A stretch of 64,000 nt of DNA, from positions 2,188-66,187 of the forward strand of contig CAYMUJ010000004.1 in NCBI GenBank assembly GCA_964393565.1. Direction: 5' to 3'. This document shows positions 1 to 8,646 of the stretch, piece by piece; within the stretch, counting starts at the first letter, position 1, and each line of letters opens with the position of its first letter. Made by a program: the position numbers and the translations under genes. The DNA is from an uncultured Stakelama sp. (GTDB taxonomy: Bacteria > Pseudomonadota > Alphaproteobacteria > Sphingomonadales > Sphingomonadaceae). Below the pieces are notes generated by a model that made no database searches, had not been told where the DNA came from, and saw only the letters and a list, made by a program, of their open reading frames with translations.

Positions 1-2
1 GG

Positions 3-722
3 CAGGCTGACAACAAGGCACGTGAACGCCTTGCATGGGTCGACAATGCCGAGCGGATCGGACTCCGGTTTGTGGGCAAGGTCGCCGTTGAATGCGACGG
101 GGCGCGCGGCACGGTTTGGGCGACCCGCGCCGAAGATTCTACGGGCTGGCTAACCGATCCGTTCGGCGACGTTTTCAAGGATGGCACGGGGCTGATGTGG
201 GGAGTCGTGTACCAGTTGCCAGCCCGTCGCGGGGTTGCGCGCTATGTGGCGGGCTATGTCGCGGGCGGATCGGACTCCCTGACAATCGACTTCGGCACGA
301 TCTACGAGTCCCGCGCCAACTATAGCGACGGCAGCCCCACGGAATGCGACGCGGCGCGTAATGCCGCTCACGTGGCGGACTCCATGGCGCGGATCGCGGC
401 AGAGAAGGAACGCGAATATCAAACGGCATGGCAGGCCGGATACCTCTATAGCGAATGCCTGGAAAACCTGAAGGCGGTTCGGGCTTCCGTGCTCGGCACG
501 TTGCGCGATATCCGCGCGACCTGCGACGCGCTCAAGGCAATGCCGGAGTCCATCCGCGCCCGGCTTTCCGGATCGATCAAGGCGGATCTTGCCAAGCGCG
601 CCAAGCTATTCGGCAAAATGGAAAAGCTCGCTGCAGGTGACTTTGAAGGCCTCGAGTTTTGGACTGGCGACGCGACCTTACAAGCTGCCTTCAATGAAGC
701 GGCCGGCCGCGACGTGCTCTAA
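3..722 (+). CDS. Hypothetical phage early protein, 5'-truncated by the window
   Basis: Frame is open from position 3 (QADNKARERLAWVDNAERIGLRFVG...) into ORF 72..722. Confidence 0.7.
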   Translation, partial: QADNKARERLAWVDNAERIGLRFVGKVAVECDGARGTVWATRAEDSTGWLTDPFGDVFKDGTGLMWGVVYQLPARRGVARYVAGYVAGGSDSLTIDFGTIYESRANYSDGSPTECDAARNAAHVADSMARIAAEKEREYQTAWQAGYLYSECLENLKAVRASVLGTLRDIRATCDALKAMPESIRARLSGSIKADLAKRAKLFGKMEKLAAGDFEGLEFWTGDATLQAAFNEAAGRDVL

Positions 723-994
723 CAATCAACTCAAAGGGGATTTTTCACTATGTCGGCAATGTTCGGAGTCTTCAGAGTCCGGAAAAACGGGACTCATGTG
801 TATTTGTCCCGATCCGCAACGCAAAGCGAGTCTCTAGCGCGGGATATCGCCGAAGGTTTGACCCGCGGGGAAGTTGTTTTGCCAACAGGCGCAATCAAGA
901 AAGTCCGTCCCGCGCCGCACATTCACAAGCCTATCAACAGCAACACTTAAGCCCTGCCAACACAATCAACTCAAAGGGGATTTCTCACTATGTC
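722..994 (+). repeat. 33-bp direct repeat forming the leader/RBS/start of two consecutive genes
   Basis: ACAATCAACTCAAAGGGGATTT(T/C)TCACTATGTC at 722-754 and 962-994, 1 mismatch. Confidence 0.9.
750..950 (+). CDS. Hypothetical protein (66 aa)
   Basis: AAAGGGGA RBS before the ATG; fills the space between the repeat leaders. Confidence 0.75.
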   Translation: MSAMFGVFRVRKNGTHVYLSRSATQSESLARDIAEGLTRGEVVLPTGAIKKVRPAPHIHKPINSNT

Positions 995-1883
995 CGACAC
1001 TATCAAAACCATTCTACGTACGTACTCTTTCGACGTGACAACGGAGTCGGGTCGCGCCGATTGGCAAGCCCTGAAAGAGAAGCTTTCTAGTGGCCCTCAC
1101 TGCCATGGTCCGGTGCTCGCGGATTGCTGGCAGTTTGTCAGTGATCTTGACGGGCAAACCGTTGAACTGGAAACCCGCCACCTTTTCGACAACCAATGGA
1201 ATACGGCACCAATCGAAGGGAAATCCGACAAGGGACTCCGGGTTTTTGATTGGGCTTTGCAGGCTGACTCGGCGCCGCATTCGAACCTTTCGGCGCCTCG
1301 GGGAATCCGTCGCGGGCACTACCTGGAACAAACCGCCGAAATGCGGGAACTCCGCCGCAACACTATGAAATGCGGTTATTGCGGCAAGCAGGAGCCGGCA
1401 GCCAAGGGGTATGTGTTCTGCCCTCACTGCATCGACTCCGAATATCTGAAGGAGTCGGACCTGCCATTGACTCGCATGCGTCCGATCGACGAGTCGGGCT
1501 TTGGTCCGAAAGCCAAGGAATCGGCGCCGCTCACTGAAGCGGAAAAGGCGCACCTGTTGCCGATCTATCGCGCGGCTCAAATTCACGGCAGCACGGAACG
1601 CGGCAAGGCGCGCATTGCTGCCGAGCGCGCCAAGGTTGCGGCAGAATACGAGTCGACGCTTCACAATGCTACTGTGAAGCGTGACGGGTTTGTGTGGCTT
1701 ATGGATCGGGGAATCCGCACGGAAAACGTGATTTTCTACAGTCACACAGGTCGCTTTTCCTTTGGGTGGCGCAAGCCGCTCGGAGAGAGTGAACTTGCCG
1801 AATTGCTGGCAGCCATGAACGGCGAATTCCCCTTTCCCTACGATATCAAAACGGAGTCGGGGCGGACCCTTTCCGGGGAATAA
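990..1883 (+). CDS. Hypothetical protein with CxxC...CxxC Zn ribbon
   Basis: 297-aa ORF with RBS; CGYCG...CPHC. Confidence 0.8.
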   Translation: MSDTIKTILRTYSFDVTTESGRADWQALKEKLSSGPHCHGPVLADCWQFVSDLDGQTVELETRHLFDNQWNTAPIEGKSDKGLRVFDWALQADSAPHSNLSAPRGIRRGHYLEQTAEMRELRRNTMKCGYCGKQEPAAKGYVFCPHCIDSEYLKESDLPLTRMRPIDESGFGPKAKESAPLTEAEKAHLLPIYRAAQIHGSTERGKARIAAERAKVAAEYESTLHNATVKRDGFVWLMDRGIRTENVIFYSHTGRFSFGWRKPLGESELAELLAAMNGEFPFPYDIKTESGRTLSGE

Positions 1884-1923
1884 GCACGCCTAACACGTCA
1901 ACCAAAAGGTGAGGATTCGCCAA

Positions 1924-2532
1924 ATGCCTGAATTCGTTCTGAATACCGAAAACCCGTCGACCGATTGGCTTGCCCTGGATGACTTCGCCAAGGGCTTCAT
2001 TGAGGCGGCATTTTTCTGTGAAACCTGCCCCGGCTTGGACTCGTCCGAATTCTTCGGCGCCGATGCGCAAAGCGATATCGCCGAAGGATTGGCGGACGGC
2101 AGCATTCCGAGCGACGCGGGAGTCTCTGATATCGACCCGGAGTCCTTGGCTGCCGTCGCCGCGTTCTGCCGTGAGTTTCAGGGTCGCGCCGCGGCGCTGC
2201 TTTCTGAAGCCTATGCGCGGGACGGGTATGACGAAAGCCAAGCCGGGCGCGACCTGTACTATACCCATGCCGGCCATGGAGTCGGCTTTTGGGATAGGAA
2301 GCCGCTCGAGTCCCAATCGCCCGAATATGAGGCTCTAACCCGTGAGATGATCGCGGCGGGCGCGAATTCTGCCGCCTGGAATGAAGCATGCCGGAAGCGC
2401 TCGGCAATCGAAGCGCAATCGCTCGGCAACAGGTTGAGCGAGGCAGCCGGGCGCGGGGAAATCAACCTAGAGGCCTACGAGTCCGAAGAGTCGGACTCCG
2501 GCTTTTTCGTCCGCTTCGATATCTGCAGATAA
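1924..2532 (+). CDS. Acidic hypothetical phage protein (GHGVGFWDR motif)
   Basis: GAGGA RBS before ATG 1924, in frame with ORF 1909..2532. Confidence 0.8.
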   Translation: MPEFVLNTENPSTDWLALDDFAKGFIEAAFFCETCPGLDSSEFFGADAQSDIAEGLADGSIPSDAGVSDIDPESLAAVAAFCREFQGRAAALLSEAYARDGYDESQAGRDLYYTHAGHGVGFWDRKPLESQSPEYEALTREMIAAGANSAAWNEACRKRSAIEAQSLGNRLSEAAGRGEINLEAYESEESDSGFFVRFDICR

Positions 2533-2556
2533 TCAACCAAAAGAGGATTTTTCAAC

Positions 2557-2886
2557 ATGTTGCCATATCAGCCGAAGCGCTCAACTAAACGTTGGTTAGA
2601 AGGTGCGCCCGCGCCCGTTCTGGCGGTTTACGATAGCGGACCAAACCGCGGCGCCGATCGCTATACAGTGCTTTATGGTGCGCCCCTTTGGACTCCGAGC
2701 TACGGGCGCAATGTGCCCGCGCGGGCCATGTCGGACTACCCGTTCCATCCATGCGGAATCGGCCTCTATATCGAAGTTCCGGCTTATGATCGGTCCGCCT
2801 ATGGCCGGAAAATTCGCTTCTCTGACCTTCCGGCCGATTGCCAACACCTAGTGCAACGGGATTGCGCGGAGTCGGCCGATGCGTAA
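2557..2886 (+). CDS. Hypothetical phage protein (YD..G...DRYTV motif)
   Basis: GAGGA RBS; overlaps the next gene's start. Confidence 0.75.
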   Translation: MLPYQPKRSTKRWLEGAPAPVLAVYDSGPNRGADRYTVLYGAPLWTPSYGRNVPARAMSDYPFHPCGIGLYIEVPAYDRSAYGRKIRFSDLPADCQHLVQRDCAESADA

Positions 2887-3232
2887 GAGCTTCCATGTCA
2901 CCTATGAAGTGGTAACGCCCGAGTCTGCCGAGCATGGCGACGTTGCCGAGCGGGGTTTTGTCGACGCTGACGGCACGGAATACGAATTGCCGCCCTATAT
3001 GTTCGGCGCGGCTGCAGGTGAATTCAAAGCCCGGTTTGACCTGACTTTGAGGCAGGCTTTCGACCTGATTCCGCGCGGGCTTTGCATGGAAGACTCCGGC
3101 CATTGGTTCAGCGAGGCGGACCCTGGAATCGATTGGCGGACGGGCAACAGCCACGCGCTTGCCTTCCATCCGCCCGACAATATCACGCGCTCCAGTTATC
3201 AGCGGATTGCCGCTCTGTTGAACCTAGCGTGA
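2879..3232 (+). CDS. Hypothetical phage protein (TYEVVTPESAEHGD motif)
   Basis: GGAG RBS; overlaps the upstream gene. Confidence 0.75.
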   Translation: MRKSFHVTYEVVTPESAEHGDVAERGFVDADGTEYELPPYMFGAAAGEFKARFDLTLRQAFDLIPRGLCMEDSGHWFSEADPGIDWRTGNSHALAFHPPDNITRSSYQRIAALLNLA

Positions 3233-3297
3233 GCCTATACCAAGCCGAGCGCCAGTGTTTTGCCCGGCTTTCATAGTCTCATGAATGGAGTCACGTA

Positions 3298-3528
3298 ATG
3301 CGCTTGCCATGGGCAGTTTTGAAAGTCTGTTTCAGTTGTGGCGATAACGTCGAAAGGCTTTGGCGCGCAAGTGAAACAGGGCGCCTTGAGTTACCGGACG
3401 GCTGGAAGTTGAGCGAAACGGATATTTCTGGAGCGTCCGGTTATGTCGCGATTTTCGAAGTCGACGGCCTACCGATTCCGGCTGATGGATACAAGGTGAA
3501 AGCCGAGCTTAGACGGTGGACTCGCTAA
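3298..3528 (+). CDS. Hypothetical protein (76 aa)
   Basis: GGAG RBS; TAATG overlap with the next gene. Confidence 0.65.
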   Translation: MRLPWAVLKVCFSCGDNVERLWRASETGRLELPDGWKLSETDISGASGYVAIFEVDGLPIPADGYKVKAELRRWTR

Positions 3529-4718
3529 TGCGCGCGCTTCTCAATTCAGGGCAAGGGATTCCCTTGCACCTGGCGAACCGTCACGGGCTGATTACGGGCG
3601 CCACTGGCACGGGTAAAACCGTGACTCTGATGCGGCTTGCCGAGCAATTCAGCCGAGCCGGAGTCCCTTCATTCGTGGCGGACGTTAAAGGCGATATCGC
3701 CGCGCTTGCCCGTTCCTGCCCTGCCGAGCTTGTCGACCCGTACGGGGCAGCCGGGCGCCCGATCCGGATCACGTTTGATGGACTCGGCGCCGATCTATCC
3801 GCCCGCGCTCTAGAGCTATCGGACGCGCAAGCCGGCTGCCTGGAGATAGCCTTTGCCTATGCCAGCCGCGCGGGGTTACCGCTCGGATCTATTGCCGAGC
3901 TTCGGACCTGCCTGCAAGCGCTCGGCTCGGATCGGCGCGCCGCGGCGGATCTAGGCCACGTGAGCGCCGCTAGCGTCGCAGTGATTATGCGCGCGCTGTT
4001 GCGCCTGGAGATGCAAGGCGGGTCGCACCTATTCGGCCGGCCGGCTTTCGACGTTGCCGAGCTTATCGCCGATCCGTCGCGCATCACGATATTGGCAGCC
4101 GAGCACCTGCTAGAGTCGCCGCGCCTATATGGTGCATTTCTGCTTTCCATCTTGTCGGACCTATGGCGCCGCATGCCGGAAATAGGCGACGTCGACAAAC
4201 CCCGACTCGTGCTGTTTTTCGACGAGTCGCACCTGCTGTTTAGTGACGCATCGCCCGCGCTGTTGCGTCGCCTGGAACAAACCGTTCGCTTGATCCGCTC
4301 CAAGGGAGTCGGCCTCTACTTTGCCAGTCAATCCCCTGCCGACATTCCGGACCCGATCCGCGCGCAACTGGCGCACCATATCGCACACGATAGGGCATTG
4401 CCGATCGGCTCGGCCCGCTTCCGGACCCTATCGGCAAACGGCAGCCCGTTGCCTGAAGTTGTCGCGCGGATCGACCTGCCAACCTGTGAACTAGGCGCGC
4501 TCACGCCTGCCGAGCGTCCGACTGTTGCGGCGCCCGTATCAGCCGAGCCGGGCAGGTTCGATGTGTGGGGTTATGCCTTCCTTACGTTCTGCCTTGCCGC
4601 GCTCACGGCAGCCGGCCTTGCAGCCTATGGCCTATGGCAGGCGGGTCTATTCGGCAAAGCTATTGCTGGCGTTGTCGCGCTTGCGATATTCATGGGCGGA
4701 CTTTCAACCAAAAAGTGA
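3528..4718 (+). CDS. DUF853/YjgR-like (HerA-related) P-loop ATPase with C-terminal membrane anchor
   Basis: LANRHGLITGATGTGKT (Walker A), ADVKGD, LVLFFDESHLLF (Walker B), RLIRSKGVG; hydrophobic C-terminus. Confidence 0.85.
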   Translation: MRALLNSGQGIPLHLANRHGLITGATGTGKTVTLMRLAEQFSRAGVPSFVADVKGDIAALARSCPAELVDPYGAAGRPIRITFDGLGADLSARALELSDAQAGCLEIAFAYASRAGLPLGSIAELRTCLQALGSDRRAAADLGHVSAASVAVIMRALLRLEMQGGSHLFGRPAFDVAELIADPSRITILAAEHLLESPRLYGAFLLSILSDLWRRMPEIGDVDKPRLVLFFDESHLLFSDASPALLRRLEQTVRLIRSKGVGLYFASQSPADIPDPIRAQLAHHIAHDRALPIGSARFRTLSANGSPLPEVVARIDLPTCELGALTPAERPTVAAPVSAEPGRFDVWGYAFLTFCLAALTAAGLAAYGLWQAGLFGKAIAGVVALAIFMGGLSTKK

Positions 4719-4876
4719 TTTTGTTCCGTGATTGCATTTAATCTTGAATCCTTTGGCAGTTGTGAGACTATCAACCTTGCCGGCTCGGAAATGGAGTCGG
4801 TGCGGGTTGGAAGCCGCTATTGTCCAAAGGCGCAAATAACGCGCCATAGCTGACACGCTTCGGCGCGTTTTTCTAT

Positions 4877-4951
4877 GGTCGGGCGCAATGGGGAGTCTTC
4901 GGACTCGCCGTGACCTTTGGCACGGTCTTCCAAACCTGTTGTTGCCCGGCC
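4877..4951 (+). ncRNA. C4-type antisense RNA (P1/P7 c4, P4 CI-like)
   Basis: Closing stem GGTCGGGC/GCCCGGCC; GAGTC-TTCG-GACTC hairpin; a' CCTTTGG (4914-4920) and b' CTTCCAA (4927-4933) complementary to flanking targets TTGGAAG (4807, 4957) and CCAAAGG (4824, 4984). Confidence 0.85.
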
Positions 4952-4998
4952 GCCAGTTGGAAGGGGTTGCCGGGTTTGATCAACCAAAGGAGTCCCCA

Positions 4999-5484
4999 AT
5001 GTCTGACCTTATCCCAATCGCCAGCCTGAACTGCGACTTCGAAGATCCGCGGGTTATGGACCTGGAGCTTGCCGCATGGCTCGGCTTGAGTCAGCCGCTC
5101 AACATTAGGACCGCGATTGCAGCCAATCGCGCCGAGCTTGAGATGCATGGTGAGGTTTTCACGCGCGACGTGAAAACCACTTCAAAGGGTGGAAGACCTG
5201 GAAAAGCCTATTGGCTCAACGAAGGTCAAGCGCTGGTCATTTGCGCGCTATCCCGTACTGAGGCGGCCGCGCGAGTCCGGAAAGCACTCATTGAGGTTTT
5301 CATGGCTTATCGCGCTGGCAAGCTTGTCCATGTCAAAGAACATCGGCGCCGCATGCCGAGCCGGCCGGACGAGTCTGACTTCGAAAGCGTGAATGATGTG
5401 CTGCAGGCCTTCCACAATCAGCCCCGCGCCTTGATCGAAGTCTTAGCGCGTTGTGTCACTCGCCTAGACAGGATCGGCGCTTAG
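4999..5484 (+). CDS. Antirepressor-like DNA-binding protein
   Basis: AAGGAG RBS overlapping C4 target a2; GGRPGKAYWLNEGQA motif resembling Ant/Rha-like phage regulators. Confidence 0.7.
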   Translation: MSDLIPIASLNCDFEDPRVMDLELAAWLGLSQPLNIRTAIAANRAELEMHGEVFTRDVKTTSKGGRPGKAYWLNEGQALVICALSRTEAAARVRKALIEVFMAYRAGKLVHVKEHRRRMPSRPDESDFESVNDVLQAFHNQPRALIEVLARCVTRLDRIGA

Positions 5485-5515
5485 CACGCAAACGGTTCAG
5501 CACCGCAAGAACTCG

Positions 5516-5540
5516 AGCCCGGCCAATGGCCGGGTTTTTT
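5516..5540 (+). terminator. Rho-independent terminator
   Basis: GCCCGGCC-AAT-GGCCGGGT followed by T-run. Confidence 0.85.
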
Positions 5541-5893
5541 CATATCGATGGATAAGCCACGTCCCTATTGGGCAAAGGAATGGATCGATCTAGCGCCGCG
5601 CTGTTAACCGTACCCCTCACCGGATCGACCACAAAGGCATACCAATTTGTGCCCTTATCTGCCGTGCAATAAGCGAGAAAAACCGCCGCGGGGTCGGAAA
5701 TCGCATTGCGTGTTTGAACATATACTTCCGAGCATTGCCTAATATGGTGCGTTGAAAGTAGCGAAAGCACGATGGCAGGCGCGCCATACCAGCTAGATCC
5801 GTACTCACTGACAACAGCCGGTTTCCGCTCGGCTGAACAAGCGGGAAGTGTTGCCAGTATCGCAGCGGCAAAGGCAAGAACTGTAAGGCGCAT
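5540..5893 (-). CDS. Putative lipoprotein
   Basis: MRLTVLAFAAAILATLPA-C signal and lipobox-like Cys. Confidence 0.7.
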   Translation of the reverse strand: MRLTVLAFAAAILATLPACSAERKPAVVSEYGSSWYGAPAIVLSLLSTHHIRQCSEVYVQTRNAISDPAAVFLAYCTADKGTNWYAFVVDPVRGTVNSAALDRSIPLPNRDVAYPSI

Positions 5894-5958
5894 TTCCGAC
5901 CTCTCTATTCCACTTCCGGCGTTCTAACCGGAAGCCTGGAATAATGCCAGCCGCGACG

Positions 5959-6315
5959 GGCGCCCGCCTGGAGCGCGTCGACCCGCGCCCGCCTATAGGG
6001 CGGAATCGTAAAAAACCTAGGAAAATCAGGGGTTTTGACCCTCTAGGCGCCTGCCTGGAGCGCGCCAGCGCGCGCCCGAAAAACCGGATTTTCAACGGAA
6101 TCAATGGCTTAGCAAAACGCGATCTGCGGGAATCTCTCGGTGATCGCGCGGACGGCGCCGGCTGACCCACCTCGACCTGGTCCCGCGGCCGAAAGATTCC
6201 CCACTACCTTGGAAGGTCGTCTCGTTTCCTAAATTTTGGAAGAATCCATCTGGAATCAGATTTGCGGTTTTCGTCTGAAACCTGCTGAACAGGTGAAAAA
6301 CTCAACGATTCCAGA
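5959..6315. other. Candidate cos/packaging-initiation region
   Basis: Long non-coding gap; 19-bp direct repeats 5959-5977 and 6046-6064; IHF consensus AATCAATGGCTTA 6099-6111; imperfect dyad GGGAATCTCTCGG...CCGAAAGATTCCC 6128-6201. Confidence 0.5.
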
Positions 6316-6349
6316 GATTACCTCCCCCGTCGACTCTCCAATCTCCTGT

Positions 6350-6378
6350 TTGACTTTCAACCATAAGTTGATTATACC
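6350..6378 (+). promoter_or_regulatory. Sigma70-like promoter with palindromic operator in the spacer
   Basis: TTGACT-N17-TATACC; TCAACCATAAGTTGA at 6357-6371. Confidence 0.7.
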
Positions 6379-6402
6379 AGCGGAAGCTCATAGGAGAGTC
6401 CA

Positions 6403-6609
6403 ATGCGCGACTTCGAACAGGCCTATCGCGAAGCCACCGACGATAACGCCCACGACGCCGACTACCGAACACCAGAGTCGCACTATCGGGAGACCGTGGT
6501 GCTCGACCAGGGCGAGACGATTGCTGCAGCCATTCTGGTCGGCATGATCGGCTTCGCTGCGATTGTAGGTCTGTGCCTGTGGCTCTACACCTCGGGGGTC
6601 TTTCAGTGA
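6403..6609 (+). CDS. Small membrane protein
   Basis: AGGAG RBS; C-terminal hydrophobic helix. Confidence 0.7.
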   Translation: MRDFEQAYREATDDNAHDADYRTPESHYRETVVLDQGETIAAAILVGMIGFAAIVGLCLWLYTSGVFQ

Positions 6610-6824
6610 GCCAGCGCCCCTCGGTCGAGTTCTACACCACACACGACGGCATAAAGTCGGTGCGCTATCGCTCGCCAGACGGTCGGAAATTTCTGCCGCT
6701 GATCGACGGGAAGACCGGTGACGTCGTCGATCTCGGCCGCGAGTTCGGCAGCAAGCCGCTGATGGTCATCAACGAAGCCGTTCAGCGCATCACGCGCGCC
6801 CTGAGCATGCCGTTTTCGGCGTGA
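6606..6824 (+). CDS. Hypothetical protein
   Basis: GTGA overlap with the upstream stop. Confidence 0.65.
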   Translation: MSQRPSVEFYTTHDGIKSVRYRSPDGRKFLPLIDGKTGDVVDLGREFGSKPLMVINEAVQRITRALSMPFSA

Positions 6825-6870
6825 TCTCAACCATATCGACCACAATCAACTGAGAATTGGAACCCTGCAA

Positions 6871-7611
6871 ATGACGACGCCTAAGCCCAAGCTCAACATC
6901 ACCTCCGTGCTGACCCGCTTCCACAACTTACGGCTCGAACGGCAGTCACACCTCGTCTCGGTCGCCGAAGCCTGGAGGGTGATCACCGATACGCTCACCG
7001 AGTACTTCGAGTTCGACCACGTCGAGTTTTCGCCACCGGAGAGTGCCTCTCCGAAAATCGAAGGGGGTACGAGCGACAACGGGCACAGCCGGATCGTCGA
7101 TCGCCGCGCAGCCGCTGAGGACTTCGCGCTTCGCCCGCGCCCCGTCGTCCGCTTCCGCCGCCTGCCGCATGGTGCCGATCTGCCGCTGCCCGCTTACGAG
7201 ACGTCCGGCGCCGCTGCCATGGACCTGCGTGCCGCGGACAACGGGCGGAGGATCACGATGGATGGCTACTCTGGAATGATTATCCGCGCCGGAGGGTCGA
7301 AGGTTATCCCAACCGGCTTCGAGGTCGCGGTTCCGCCCGGTTACGAGGGGCAGGTGCGTCCCCGCTCCGGGCTCGCCGCCAAGCACGGGATCACCGTGCT
7401 CAACAGTCCAGGCACGATCGACAGCGACTACCGCGGCGAGATCAAGGTCATCGTGACAAACCACAGCCTGAATGACTTCACCATCGAACACGGAGACCGC
7501 ATCGCGCAACTCGTGATCGCGCCGGTCACCCGCGCCGCCGTCGAGGAAGTAACCGAACTCGACCAGACCGAGCGCGGCGCAGGCGGCTTCGGCTCGACCG
7601 GGGTGAAATGA
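6871..7611 (+). CDS. dut: dUTPase with N-terminal extension
   Basis: [47 protein letters not shown] motifs. Confidence 0.95.
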   Translation: MTTPKPKLNITSVLTRFHNLRLERQSHLVSVAEAWRVITDTLTEYFEFDHVEFSPPESASPKIEGGTSDNGHSRIVDRRAAAEDFALRPRPVVRFRRLPHGADLPLPAYETSGAAAMDLRAADNGRRITMDGYSGMIIRAGGSKVIPTGFEVAVPPGYEGQVRPRSGLAAKHGITVLNSPGTIDSDYRGEIKVIVTNHSLNDFTIEHGDRIAQLVIAPVTRAAVEEVTELDQTERGAGGFGSTGVK

Positions 7612-7612
7612 G

Positions 7613-7882
7613 ATGGCCGCTGAATATCGTAATCGCGTGGAAGCTATCCGCGATCTCACCGCGGCAGTCCATGCCGCCAACATAGCCGTCAGCGACTATA
7701 TGAAGTCAGCCTTCCCGGTCGGCTCCGAAGTGCGCTGGATGCACGGTCGTCACGAGCAGGCCGGTATCGTTGTGAAGCACGGCTACGCTGACAAGATGCT
7801 CGTGGAGAATTTCAACACCGAGCGCAAAGTCTGGATCGACGCCGCGAAGATGCTCAATGTTTGGGGTCCTTCCAATGGCTGA
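7613..7882 (+). CDS. Hypothetical protein
   Basis: Tightly packed ORF in the + operon. Confidence 0.7.
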   Translation: MAAEYRNRVEAIRDLTAAVHAANIAVSDYMKSAFPVGSEVRWMHGRHEQAGIVVKHGYADKMLVENFNTERKVWIDAAKMLNVWGPSNG

Positions 7883-8063
7883 CGCTGAGATCACATGGAC
7901 CGAAGAGGAATTCCGCGAGTTCAAGGGCCTCGTGGACGACATCAATGCACCTGGGTTCAATAACCCGAGACGACCAATTGGCCGCACGAACATGCGAGCT
8001 TTCGTCGATAAGCACGGTAAGGCGAAGTGCGATGCGATGTTCGCGAAGCTGGAGGGCAAGTGA
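7875..8063 (+). CDS. Hypothetical protein
   Basis: Overlapping start; TGATG junction with the next gene. Confidence 0.65.
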   Translation: MADAEITWTEEEFREFKGLVDDINAPGFNNPRRPIGRTNMRAFVDKHGKAKCDAMFAKLEGK

Positions 8064-8464
8064 TGGCAGACGAACTCATCTCCGTCACTCTCGCAGACGG
8101 CAAATATACCATCCGTGAGCACGCGCCTTACAAATGGGAATGCCTGCGCTATGGCGAGCATTGGGCGGCGTTCGCGAGCGGTCCAGACAATCTGCACATC
8201 GCACTCGCCCACGAGGTTGATCGACTGAACAAGCTGCTCGCGGCAAACAATCTCAAGCGCCGCGTGCGTAGCCTGAAGCGCGGCACCACCTACCGCGTGC
8301 TCGGTGAGGCAGAGGTTCAGATCAGCAAGCCGACGCTCTCGACCAAGGGGCGCCTGTTGACCGAAGGTGAGAAGCTGACGGTCTATCAGGCCGACGAAGA
8401 CGGCAAGCTGTGGGTGAGGTTCCCCGACGAGTTCGAGGACGGCAGGTTCGAGGAGATCGCGTGA
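8063..8464 (+). CDS. Hypothetical phage protein (VYQADEDGKLWVRFPDEFEDGRF C-terminus)
   Basis: GGAGG RBS; TGATG coupling. Confidence 0.75.
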   Translation: MADELISVTLADGKYTIREHAPYKWECLRYGEHWAAFASGPDNLHIALAHEVDRLNKLLAANNLKRRVRSLKRGTTYRVLGEAEVQISKPTLSTKGRLLTEGEKLTVYQADEDGKLWVRFPDEFEDGRFEEIA

Positions 8465-8646
8465 TGATGGGGTCGCAAGAATATGCGCTGTTTGCGACAA
8501 GACCTTCAGGAGAGGGTCGACACGTTTCGTCGCGGAAGTACTCCAGGGCTGAGGCATATAGGCTTGTAGAGCAGCTTAAGGGGCACCCGCATTTCAAGGT
8601 GAACTGTGTCGTGAGAATTGCTTCCGTTAAGAAGGAGGCAACGTGA
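8461..8646 (+). CDS. Hypothetical protein
   Basis: GAGGAG RBS; GTGA coupling at both ends. Confidence 0.55.
   Translation: MMMGSQEYALFATRPSGEGRHVSSRKYSRAEAYRLVEQLKGHPHFKVNCVVRIASVKKEAT

Noticed and set aside
4888-4998. N-terminal extension of the antirepressor ORF
   Set aside because: Overlaps the C4 RNA; the strong RBS is at ATG 4999
1-6200. Left arm as host DNA or a separate element
   Set aside because: It shares the phage operator motif, contains phage-type genes and shows no att junction; attP is intact elsewhere
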